A DNA stretch of 64,000 bases. Origin: Callorhinchus milii (Eukaryota). The notes beneath the pieces are model-generated. The model saw only the letters and a program-made list of their open reading frames with translations. It did no database searches and had not been told where the DNA came from. Each line of letters begins with the position of its first letter. The first letter of the stretch is position 1. The stretch spans positions 14,014,001-14,078,000 of the forward strand of contig NW_024704756.1 of the NCBI RefSeq assembly GCF_018977255.1, in the 5' to 3' direction. Shown here piece after piece: positions 1 to 11,690 of this stretch. The position numbers were made by a program, and so were the translations under genes.

Positions 1-3000
1 TTTTTTATATATATATATATCACACACATTAAAAAAAAATCGGTAAACCTAATAGAAGCAAATGATTTTAAAGCTACTTACGTCAACATTGATTTGTGAG
101 ATAGAGCCAAATAATCAATACCTTAATGTCGTATTTGCTTTCCAATTTAAAAAAGTCACCAAAGGAGAATCTTCCTACAAGAAGTGAGCAGAGAGGTGAT
201 GGGAGATTTACCACTAAAAGTAAAACAGGCCACAGAGGGTACTGAAGCTCAACAAAGTGAACTAACAGCCGGAACACACTATGAATTTCACGTCAGTGTA
301 TAATCGGACGCTGACTTTGAGCAATTGTAAGTTGCTGCTGTTGTTGTTTAGAGAAGTGCTGGCCAACCTGTGGCCTGTTTGGCTGTCAAAAGGCAGCCAG
401 TCCCCTGAACATTCGCATACGTCGAGGTAGTCTATGGCATAAATCAAGCAATATTCAATCAAGAAAATTTATTTTGTTGGCCGACGATAAAGGTTGATCA
501 CCACTGATTTGGATAAAAGCTAGACAAGAGTGCAACAGTCATTGGAAACCAAAGTGAGATTTCCCTGTAGATTGGTTGCAGGAAATAAGGTGACTGGTGC
601 ACACTGCAGAAAATATTCAAAATGCTTTAAATTAGGTCAGGCAACATTTAGAAGCTAGCTATACTACAGGGCAGGCAAGCAACCATAAAAATTAATAGCA
701 GGCCTTGCTTCAGTTGTCTCAAGTCTTACAATGCATTTCAAAGTACACCTTAACACAAACAATGTCAAATTTAGCACCTGTTAACCACCCAGCTAGGGAC
801 TGCTGGCGACAGGTAATGGAGGAAGGACGAATGTTACTGGGTAACTGGGCTACGACCAAATTTTCAGTGCAAAGAATCAGCCTCAAACGTTTGCAAATGG
901 CCCCAAGTCATCATGACCCATATTCTGTGTAGTCCGCAACAGGTTTCAGAATTGGCATTTCTGCTTACAGCAGCAAACTGGCAATCTGTGCGAAAGGCAG
1001 ATTGTGCAAATGATTTACTCTTGAAGTTAGCCTGCAGAAAATCCGTAACAATCTGTACCCTTTAAGAGCAGTGATCAGCGTACTCTGATCAGATTTCAGA
1101 ATATATAGTTCCACCACTTCCTATTAGTTTTGCATTGCTCCTGTAACTAAGGAGATTGGCATCTGGGCAGCGTAGAAAACACTGATGCAAATCTATCACT
1201 TTACATGCACGGCAATTAAAAATTCACCGCTGAATAGACTGCGACATGAAAGTATGAATTCAGGCAGGGAGCTGGAGATCTATTCTATCTGTCCACGCCG
1301 ATTCTAAAAATAATCATGAAAATCCCAGAATGTTTGCCTTCCATTAGATCTCACTGAAGAGTGCTGGGATTTTTTTTTAAAAAACTGAATTAAAATTTGT
1401 GTCGTGCTACAAGCGAGCAATACTATGAATAAAAGATTCTGCACCATGCGTGCCAGGCCAGTAACAAACCAGGGCTACATTTCTACAGGGTGGAAATAAG
1501 GCTGACCCACGACTGCCCGTGCTGAGACTTACTTCCTGATCTCATTGGGACATCTGGAGGCCCAAGGTGCATTTTGCAGCATGATTCAGAGGCAAAGAAG
1601 GAAGCATCTGAGACAAAAATCAGCACGAAGCACGTATGACAAATTACTATGCAAACAATTCGCTTCTATATATTTTCAAAAGTACAGACACAGGAATGGC
1701 TTAGAGAGCATGACAAAGCCGAAAGCTTTGTTTAACGTTATACACCATAAGAATGAAACCACAGTGTTTGCAATTCCTTCTGAATGCTATATGTGTTACA
1801 TTGACAAAACGCTCCTAGTTATTGTTTTGTTTTGCAATCAGCTCTTTCAAAGCTTTGATTTGGGGACAACTTGATGGAGAATAAAAGCTCTCGTACTCCA
1901 CCCCAATCTGTACTGCATTGATGTAACTTCCCCTTCCCCCACCCCATGAATCAGTCATTCTGATTTCCTCTTTCAGTGAAACTTTATTTTGTGCCAATTT
2001 CTACAGAATAACAAGCTGTTTGTTTTGCACTGTCGGCAAGTGCCCAATCGGAAGATAGCTCAAATTTCCCAAAGTCATTCCATGTCAGAGTTTTACAGCT
2101 GGGAGAGAGAGAGCAGCCTTTCAGCACATTGGTCTGGTATGTGCTCAAACCTAATTCCCAGCAGAAGTAAGTCCAAACCTGCTGTAGCATAGAACCCAAC
2201 TGCAGGATCTTCAAACAACAGCACCTTCCTCATAGATAGTGAGCAAAGAGAAACGAAAGTGAGTCACTTAGGACACAGTCTCTCTCTGTAAAACATTCCC
2301 GTGATGTTATTCTGTGTGAAGAACGCTATATAAATGCAAATTGTTGTGTTAATTTTGATCCCATTCTCATAGAGATGTCTTTTTTCATAACTAGAGCCGC
2401 TATGAACGCAATCTGCTGTAATGGTCCCCAAAATGGTGAAATAACTTAACATTCACCATCCAGGCTCACAGATGAATAATGATTGATACAATCCCGGCAT
2501 AAAGTTACCTCCATCAAGAGGATGGGAAAGCATTGGTGTTGGTCCGAGGGGAGTATAAGATCTTCATTGTGTTTGTCGATAGTTTGCTCAGTGTACGTTA
2601 GAGGTCTAAGCCAAGTGCCAGCATTGAAGCCAGAAAACTCCTTAAAACAGTGTGAAGTCACTGAGTTTGAATACACCTGATACCAGTTAAAATTTCAAAT
2701 TGAACCTACCGTACGTACCAGCTACTATCTCTAAACCACATTGTCAGAATACAGGATTATCAGCGTACTACAGAGAATTAGTGTTCTCATGCCAGAAAAT
2801 TAGATTAGAGTTGTTTAATGAGCTATTTACTCAGGTAAAAAAATACAGATTTTTTTTTTTTTGCTGCAACTGTAAAGCAATTAGCCATAAGTACTAAACG
2901 GTATCAAAGTGCTAATGCTACATCAATTCATATTGAAGAACAAAGCCTGACAGCTGTGAGAAACAGTAAATTTTGCTCAACGATGCAGCAATGAAATGGA

Positions 3001-3569
3001 AAGTATATAATTTTTGCACCAAAGCAAAGTCATTTGTTTCAAATAGTGTGGCTGATTTCACACTGAAAAGTACTGACGTTGGGACAAATATATTTCGGGA
3101 TTCCGAGCAAACAACATTAGTTCAACACAACGTGAAAACACTTCGGACCACAATTCATCAGCGTCCAAACAAAATAAGGCCAAGATTTAACTCACAAGAC
3201 TCCCTTACTAGTCTCTTAGCAACTGGTACAGAAGCTTCCCTCTCCTGCCTGGTTCCTCCTCAGCAATCTCTCCCTCCCGGCTGTTAATAGCCATCAGGTT
3301 TTAATAAACAACCATCCACTTGCAGCTAAAACCCCTTCACAGGATTTTACTGTAAAGCGTATCGATGACTTATTCGTAGGCGAACGTGGCATCCAATTTG
3401 CGCACAGCAACGTCCCACAAAAACATACACACACACACACACACAGAGTCATAAAATATATATATTTTGCAAAAACAAACGAATCGCAAACGTAATGGTT
3501 CTGACGCGCCAATGCAGTGCTGGGGGTGGGTGGTGGTGGGGGGAGTGGGGGGGGGGGGGGTTAATGGGG

Positions 3570-3725
3570 GACCGCTGCACTGTTGGAGGTGTCGTCTTTC
3601 GGATGAGACGTCGAAACCCGGGTCCCTCCCGGCCGTGCGGGCGGACGTTAAAGATCCCGTGAGCGCTATTCGAAACAGAGATGGGAGTTTCTCCCGGTGT
3701 CCTGGGTCGACCAACACTCCCATCA
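3570..3725 (+). mobile_element. DeuSINE-like central domain relic
   Basis: GGAGGTGTCGTCTTTCGGATGAGACG...AAAGATCCC...CCCGGTGTCCTGG resembles the recalled Deu domain; related copies at 6.2, 36.8 and 51.5 kb. Confidence 0.65.
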
Positions 3726-3975
3726 CCGCTGCCGCCGCCCCCACACCCGGTAAAATCCGGTCACTCGCTCCGCACCTATGTCGCGGCGACCTCTCCGCGC
3801 GTTAAAGAAAAAAAAAACCCTCTGCCTCGTCCAACCCCGAAACAGACCCCGCGATGAAGGCCGCTCCGAGGGGTCCTCGCCGGCGCGATAAGGCGATGCC
3901 CCGAAACCCCGGGGAGACGCTGACTGCGGTTCTTCAGCCTTTCGGATTAGGATCCTCTGCTCGTGCCGTCCAGAG

Positions 3976-4266
3976 AGCCGAGCGGGGCCGAGCGGGGCCG
4001 AGCCGACCGGGGCCGAGCCGGGGCCGAGCCGAGCCAGGCCGAGCCGAGTGGGGCCGAGCGGGGCTGGGCCGAGCCAGGCCGAGCCAGGCCGAGCCGAGTG
4101 GGGCCGAGCGGGGCTGGGCCGAGCCAGGCCGAGCCAGGCCGAGCCGAGTGGGGCCGAGCGGGGCTGGGCCGAGCCGGGGCCGAGCCGGGCCGAGTGGGGC
4201 CGAGCGGGGCAGAGCCGAGCCGAGTGGGGCCGAGCCGGGCCGAGCCGACCGGGGCCGAGCCGGGCC
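3976..4266. repeat. GC-rich pentamer satellite (GAGCC/GGGCC/AGGCC/GAGCG) with a roughly 50-bp higher-order unit
   Basis: gagccaggcc gagccgagtg gggccgagcg gggctgggcc repeated about three times plus degenerate flanks. Confidence 0.9.
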
Positions 4267-4325
4267 TGGATGAAGCCCGATGTCGATCCTCCCAGAAGGA
4301 AGGAAGGAAGGAAGGAACTAACGAA

Positions 4326-4531
4326 TAATAGTAATAACAATCCTCGCATTTGACAAGAGCGCTTTTCACGTCTTCTCGACGTCCCAAAGCGCTTCGCAGA
4401 CTACACCGCGAAGCGCGTGGACCGTGGGTTTGTGGGCGAACGCGGCGGCCGATGGGCACAGCGGCGTCCCACAGGCCCTCCTGGACCGAAAGTGACCAAT
4501 TTTATTATTGTCTTTTGGAGGATTATTATAA
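4326..4531 (-). mobile_element. SINE 3' half
   Basis: Reverse-complement match to the body and tail of the 54548 SINE. Confidence 0.8.
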
Positions 4532-4818
4532 CGAAGGGGAGAGGGAGGGAGGAGGGAGGGGGGGGGGAGGGAGAGGGGGGGGGGGGGAGGGGAGGGGAGA
4601 GGTGGGGGGAGGCCTGGAGGTGGTTGAGGAGGCCCAGGAGAAGAAGGCCCCGGTGGTACTTTGTGGTCTCATAGCAACGATGGATGGGGATGGATGGGGG
4701 GGGGGGGGGGGGGGCCTGACTCTCTCTCTCTCTCTCTCCCCATCACACAGGGACATAAACACAACCCCCCCCCCCCACAGAACCCCCCCCCCACCCCCCC
4801 ACACAGGGTCTCTCTCAC

Positions 4819-5162
4819 CTTTGCTCTCCTGGGCTGGTCCTCCTCCTCCTCTTCCTCCTCCTCATCCCCCGCCGCCGCCGCCGCCACCACCACCTCCTCC
4901 TCCTCCTCCTCCTGAGCCGCCGCCGCCGCCGCCGTCTGCAGAAGCTGCTGCCGCCGCCCCCCTCCCCCCCCCCGCCGCTGCCCACCCCCACCCCCCGCCA
5001 CCGCCGCCCCCGCCGCCGCCGCCGGCGCCCCTCCACCTGGACCCAGCGGCTGCTCTCGGCCCCGGGCCCCACGCTGATCCGCACCCGGAAGAGGCGCTCG
5101 ATGTGCGGGATCAGGCTCTCGAGCCTCGGGCTGGCGCTCAGCGGGATCACGAACTCCAGCAT
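4819..5162 (-). CDS. Putative first coding exon with an N4BP1/KHNYN-like N-terminal KH motif (candidate 5' exon of a ZC3H12B/Regnase-family gene); apparent frameshift in a C homopolymer
   Basis: Translates MLEFVIPLSASPRLESLIPHIERLFRVRISVGPGAESSRWVQVEG..., and in a second frame ...EEEEDQPRRAK followed by donor AAG|GTGAGA (GT at 4818-4817). Resembles recalled KHNYN PHVERIFSVGVSV...WLQLEG...SRAK. The frame switch falls in the low-complexity insert, plausibly the C runs near 4957-4996. The true start could be further upstream. Confidence 0.6.
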
Positions 5163-5339
5163 CGTCAGGGAGGCCTCCCCCCCCCCCCCCCCCACCTCTC
5201 CCCCACCTCCCTCCTCACCCCCTCACCCTCACCCCCTCCCAAAGGATGGAGAGAGAGAGAGAGAGAGAGAGTGTGTGGGTGTTCACCCCCTCCCTCCTCA
5301 CCCCCTCCTAAAGGATGAAGAGAGAGTGTGGGTGTGTAT

Positions 5340-5570
5340 GTGTTCACCCCCTCCCCTCCCTCTTCCCTCTCTCTCTCCCCCTCTCTCTCCCTCCCTCCTC
5401 TCTCCCCTTCCCTCCCTCCCCTCCTCTCCTCTCCTCTCCCTCCTGTCTGCAGCTACAGCAGGAAATGATTAATGCTCTCCCTCCTCCCCTGGCTCCGACC
5501 CCACTCGTTCATGGTCCCCGCGTCTGTCTGTGCCTATCTCTCTCTCTCTCTCTCCCTCTCCATCTATCTG

Positions 5571-5601
<31 letters not shown>

Positions 5602-5650
5602 GTCTCTCTCTCTATCTGCCTCTCTCTTTCTCTCTCTCTCTTTCTCTCCT
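5340..5650. repeat. Pyrimidine-rich (CT)n/(CTAT)n microsatellites
   Basis: Directly visible. Confidence 0.85.
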
Positions 5651-6019
5651 TCGCTGTTAATTTTCTATTTTCTTCTAAGACTCGACACTTCCCTCTACAG
5701 GTTTCGACCGTTAATCTCTCCCTCTGGATTGTGTGTTTTTTCCACCCCCCCCACCCCCCCCTCCTTTTTTTTCTGTCTCTCCTTCTCTCTCTCTTCTCTT
5801 CTCTTACCCCCTCCCGCCCCCCAGTCGGGTTGATCTCACCCCCACCCTTCCCACCCCAGTGGTTGAGTTGTCCACCCACACTATACCACTGCCACTCCCC
5901 TCCCTGGGCTTAAACCACTGGGGTATAGATTTCTTCTTTACTTGTCAAAGCGCTCTTTTTTTAATATATATATATATATGTATATCATTTTAAAGAATAA
6001 CGTAGCACCCGAGCGCAGC

Positions 6020-6365
6020 TGTCGACGCGTCTCAAAGTGCTTCACAGAATTTACGCGCCAAGTGCAGGGTCAGTATTGGTGGGCAAATGACGCAGCCAAT
6101 TGACCCGCAGCAGCGTCCCACAAAACAGCTATGAAGTCAATGACCAATTTTACCTGAAAAATATTAGCTGGGGATTATTGACCAGGATACCAGGAAAACG
6201 TCCCTTCTCTTTTAGTGCCGAGGGATCTTTAATGTCCCATCCGAAGGACGACAACTCCGACAATGCAGCACTCGCCTCGTGTGTCATCCTAAGTGGGTTC
6301 GAAGACAAAGGGCCTGAACCCACAGCTTTCTGACTCAGAGGTGAGAGTGATGCCGATTGAGCCCA
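6020..6365 (-). mobile_element. Old DeuSINE-like element
   Basis: tRNA-like head near 6365, Deu-like core GGGATCTTTAATGTCC, L2-type tail. Confidence 0.65.
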
Positions 6366-6909
6366 GCTGACATCCTCACTGAATTATATTAACGTCACTC
6401 CCAATGCAATCTCCAAACCAGTCCCATAGTTGTCAAAGAAAAGCACACTGCAAAGGAGTGAGATTTGTTAAGTAAAAGTGGCTTGAATCGCAGGTGCACT
6501 TGTTTAGAGATTCTTTATTTACTTTGCAGAAGCAAGTTACATTTTGCAAATAATATTTATACAAGTCTGACATCCTGAATGAACATCAAATCCACAATAG
6601 AAAATCGACCAGTAAATCTCACCATTTCTGAGTGAGACTCACTGTGATCAGATTTATTAATTTTGTGCCATTGGCTTCATGTTCCAGCTGAATATTGGAA
6701 CAGGTTTTCAATGTCTCACACCTGAACTCTTTAAATCTCACTCTTGGTAATGTCCTGAGATTGGCAGATATGTGCGTGGAACTATTCCCTTACACACTGT
6801 TATTTTCCACATCAATATTGTTCTGCTAAAGTGCTGTAGCTGCGAAATCCTCGTTCACAATAATTTCCTAGATTGAAAATTATACCTCTTACAGTGTCCT
6901 AAAACTTGT

Positions 6910-7089
6910 GGAGTCATGTAGCATACTGGTTATAGCACTCATCTCGCAAGCCAGAGGACAGGTTCGATTCCCAGGCCCAACAAAACCTTAGGCAAGTTTC
7001 CTTACTCCAAAAGATCTTTTTGGACGTCCTCCCGACGTGAAAAGCGCTATATCAAATGCAAGGATTATTATTATTATTATTATTATTAT
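6910..7089 (+). mobile_element. Internally deleted SINE (tRNA head joined to tail)
   Basis: Head to CCTTACTCCA, then directly GGACGTCCTCCCGACGTGAAAAGCGC...(ATT)n. Confidence 0.85.
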
Positions 7090-10000
7090 CTACACTCAGT
7101 CCTCACTGAGCGAGGTGGCACTTATTCCACAAGTCACCCAGAAGTAAGACATTTTTCTGACTTCTTTTACTTGTTGCTACCTCATTGTAAGATTATGCTT
7201 TTTCCCTTGTACTCCATTCCATTAGGTTAAAACCCCATTCACGTAAACGCACAGCCCACCAATTATGAAATCCAACCAACCTGCTCTAGCAAATGAAGGG
7301 GAAGCTCTTGCTTCCTCTCCCTCCCATCCCCATCCCCAGATAATTCATCTAACTAAACACCTCTGCAGCCATACTACTAGTGGGTTATTCCAGTCACTCA
7401 ACTTCCATTTATATATTTTAGCCTTAATAAATCTTTAAACATATTCCCTGCTCTTCACATTGTGCCCAAACATTGTTTGCCTTCTTATTATCTCACGTTG
7501 CAACGGTGTTTCCCCATATTCCTCCACCTTCAAGGTTAAACAGTTTTTTTCACCTATATGTGCATTATTTTGCATTTATCCACATTAAACACCATTTGCC
7601 AATCAGTCCAAGTGCTGATCCTCTTCAAACCCTTTGAATAATGCCTGTCTCCATTATTCATTTTTCTTCCCACACAGTTGCATTCAACTCATTTTGAAGT
7701 CAATTTTAAACCCCTTCATCCAGATTATTTATGTAAATGGTGTAAAGCAGCAATGCAAGCAATGATACAATCGAACTGCACCAGTCACTATTCTCCCTGA
7801 ACCAGTAGAGCAATAACATACTCATTTTGCTTCAATGTATTGTTTTGAATGCGTCATGACTCCTGTGTCACAGGCTAAGACAGGGAATCAACACCTGAAT
7901 TCTCAACACTACTCAACTTCACAATCACTGTTGGGTTATTCAAGAAAAGTGATCACTTGAGCAACTAACCAAATTTTAGCATTAAGGTAGAAAGTATCCA
8001 CAGGCCAATCACTCACGTCCATCCTAGTGTCCAACTGAAGATAGGCAAAGGAAAGGTATTGGAAGTGTGTTTGACGTAATGCTGCATTACCTGGTAGAAC
8101 CTGAAAAGTGAGAAGAAAAATAAATTAGGAGCTCCCTGCATTGGTTCACCTCATCACATCACAATCATAACCTTAGATTGGGAAATAGTAGGGATGCTAC
8201 AAGTTACTTCCAAATACTGGACTAAGTAATGGAAAATAAGCCAGGATAGGTTCGAAAAATTTGTTCGGTTATCACTACAACTGGAGAGGGTTAAGGAAGC
8301 AATTTAATAGAAATCCAAGAAGCCTTCAAAATTCTGAAGGTTTTGAGAGGATAGCACAACATTTCTGCTGATTGATAAATCTGTGAAAAAAAAGGCATGA
8401 ATTCATGATTGTCACTGGAAGAGTTAAGAAGGAGGAATGATAATGGTAAGGCTGGATGTTGGGACTAATAGGATTTATTTATACTTGTGTAATATTCTGA
8501 GTGCCAATGAGTCACAGATTTAGAAATATGGATTGGCTCCAAGACAGCCTATTGATGTAGACACTTATTGGAATGTAGCTGCTTAACCACTTCCAGCTTT
8601 AATTCCTGCTAATAGGAATTTCAAGAAGGCAAACAAAATTATACAAAATTTCATGAGTTATCAAAGTGCATTCCTATCTTGCTGATCATAATCCTCTTGA
8701 CTAAAACAAGATATAAGTAATAATAGAAATTATTTTTTTTATATCTTCTATCACAATGCTTTATGACAGCACTGAAATTGGGAAATGTATTGCAATCATC
8801 AGCAGGACACAGACATTTCACACATGTGCCTGCCATACTATCGGTTCATCGCACTTGAGAGATAAATTCAACTATCACTGCTTGTCATTGATCATCCTCA
8901 ATGGAACCAAATGTAATCACGAATGTTAACTGTCTGAGCAGAACTAACCAAAATAGCTATCTGATTCGCAATGCATCCTTTAAGAGATTACAAGAAACTC
9001 TGATAAGCCCACACAGAAACAACCCCACATCAATTTTCTTACCAGCCAAATATAGAATATTTCAGCATGTGATTTGAGTTAAAAAATCTACAATTTACTC
9101 ACTATTTCCCTTTCGCACACATTTTTTGTTATAACAGTATTTCAACATTCTTCAACCTCATAAGTTTTACTCAGTTTTAGTGAAACTCAAGTCAACTGAA
9201 TGACAAAAGTGATTAGGTTTTAACCATTATAACTGTACTAGTTAATTCTCATGGGCAATTTTTGCAGCCAGACTGTTGTTATTTTTTTAACCACAAAAAC
9301 AGGCCTGTTTTATTTCATATGGAGTTTATCTTCCACTTGCCCATTGTATTTTCCTTGAGTGGAGGCACTGCAAGTTGAGTCAGTCTTATTACTTAATGTA
9401 GGTGTCTGCCACGTGCCAATCGCTGCCACTAATGCGATTTTACAGTGGATAAGAATGAAAAATAAAGAAATATTTCCAGTAGCGACTGGTGTGTTAGATT
9501 CCATTATTCAATAAATCTACAATAAGCATCAGCATGGAATGTAGACTTACATATACGCCCAGATCAATTAATGTATGTTTTTAAAAGACAACATTTCACA
9601 TCCAAAAGTCCCTTTACGTTTTCGAAAAACTCGCACTGTGAAAAAAAATCAGAAATGGGAACAAAAGCAAATATCTCCTTCAGAACAATCCTACAAGCTC
9701 TGATATCAAGTCACTTCGAGTTTCTCCAGTTTAAAAGTTTCGATTGCTTAAACATTTTGTTTATCAACTCAATGATTCATCATAATAATAATAATAATCA
9801 TCATCCTTGCATTTGATTATAAAACATCTGTTCAGGGGATTCAGCTTTACCATTTTGGGATAGTGACTTAGTTAAACATCACAGGCTTCAGAGCTGCTGT
9901 TTAGATGTACTTTGGGAGTCAGGCAGTTTGCATATGTGGCAATGATAAGGTATTTTTAGTCCTTTGCCACGTTACAATCAATAATACTATGTTTATGATG

Positions 10001-10696
10001 TCACAGCAGGAGAGGTCTATAGAAAATATCTGCTTCTAAATTGCTTCTAACCCTCATGTCAGCATCGTTAATAAGAGACAGTTGGCTGTCACAGTAAGTC
10101 GTGCAGATGTCTGCATTTATAATTTCGAAACAATATTTGAGTACGATTCAATAAGAATGTGCTTCATCTTTGTGGTGGTCGGGAACCACGTGAAAAATGT
10201 ATTGTTTCTCTCCTTTTTCTGATGGGCGATGAGATAATTTTGTTTGGGTTTTCTCGGGAGGTGACAAGGACACGTCTCTGATGGTGAACGTCGATACGAT
10301 TATTCCACAGTGAGTGGATCAGATTTCAGATTTCTTTCAACACCACAGGGAGGGGGGGAAACGCTACAAATATAACTTTTGTTTAAAAAAAACAAATCTA
10401 ACTAAAAGCCACCAAAAACAAAGTAGCAAACAGGCGATCAGCAGAACGACTGGAAAGTGCAAGATTGCAGGACAGTTACAATTGTTCACCTCTTAATTCA
10501 TCGATCGCTACCTTTCGAATGGTTGTCCCGGACCTTTTCATTATTAATATTATTATTATTATTATTATTGCAATTATTGTTATTATCTTTCGAATCAGGG
10601 GGTTAACGCCACGTTTAGTATGAAAACTCCACTCGTTTCAGTGGAAAAGTCTGAGCCACTCTCTGATTCACCACCACTGCTTTGGATGATAAATCA

Positions 10697-11140
10697 CACA
10701 TCTCTCCCCCTCCCACCCATCACCACCACATCTCCCACCCACTCCCCCTCCCCCACATCTCCCCCCACCACCACCTCCCACATCTCTCCCCCCCCCACTC
10801 CCCCCCCACCCCACATCTCCCACCCACTCCCCCCCCACCCCACATCTCTCCCACCCACTCCCCCCCACCCCCCCCACCCACATCTCTCCCACCCACTCCC
10901 CCCCCCACCCACATCTCTCCCCCCACTCCCCCCCCACCCACATCTCTCCCCCCATTCCCCCCCCACATCTCTCCCCCACCCCCCCCACATCTCTCCCACC
11001 CCCCACCCACATCACTCCCCCCACCCCACATCTCTCCCACCCACTCCCCCCCCCACCCACTTCACTCCCCCCCACTCCCCCCCCACCCACATCATCCCCC
11101 CACCCCCCCCCCCCCCACATCACTCCCCCCCCTCCCCCCC
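10697..11140. repeat. C-rich minisatellite (cacatctctcccacccactccccccc)n
   Basis: Directly visible; G-rich on - strand. Confidence 0.9.
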
Positions 11141-11246
11141 GCTGATTAACTGTGGCCAATTACGCAAAAGGGGCCGAAGGGGCATCGGAACGAACGTGAA
11201 TTATTTTTGGGGGTTTTAAAAAAAATTGGGTTTTTTTTTTGTTTCT

Positions 11247-11285
<39 letters not shown>

Positions 11286-11690
11286 TGGGGGGGGGAAAAA
11301 AACAGGTTTTCGCCCCAGTTTCACTTTCGCCCGTTGAGATTCCTCTCCAACCCCCCCCCCCCCACAACAACAACAACAACAAAGGGGACAGGAAGTGAGG
11401 AGCAGTGGTGAGGTGGTGGTGGGGGGAGAGGGGACCCACCGGGAGATGTAGTTCCTGCGCTGGTGGGGATCCGTTGTGCGGTTGTGCGGGGAGGACTACA
11501 GCTCCCGTCGCCCCCCCCTCTCCCCACCACCCCCACCCCCACACCCCCACCCCCCACCCCGGGCTCTGGCTGTGTCCGCGCGTCGCTCGCTCGCTCGCTC
11601 GCCGCTCCCGGTGCCGCAGCCGTTTCTTTTGTTAAGTGCTGTCGGGGAGTCTTTTCTTTTTTTAAAAAAAACCCGTAGTTCTTACCGGGA
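11140..11690. promoter_or_regulatory. ZC4H2 CpG-island promoter with two opposed ACTACAnnTCCC motifs, ETS and CCAAT boxes
   Basis: GGGAGATGTAGTTC 11441-11454 (reverse motif), GGACTACAGCTCCC 11493-11506, CAGGAAGTG near 11389, GGCCAAT near 11154; high CpG density. Confidence 0.65.

Larger units (their letters stand above)
3570..5530. promoter_or_regulatory. CpG island covering the KH-like exon and the start of its intron
   Basis: Very high GC and CpG content against an AT-rich background. Confidence 0.6.

Noticed and set aside
122..174. Possible 53-nt - strand exon (cttcttgtag|GAAG...TAAG|gtattg), and a similar candidate near 2509-2640
   Set aside because: Splice signals are plausible but the peptides match nothing I recognise, so they cannot be assigned to the KH-exon gene.
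1815..1997. ORF containing GGGRGSYIN, superficially a KH GxxG loop
   Set aside because: No supporting splice sites or further similarity.
4350..5318. 322-aa proline/glycine-rich + strand ORF
   Set aside because: Starts inside a SINE and is the antisense read of the GC-rich KH-like exon and simple repeats.
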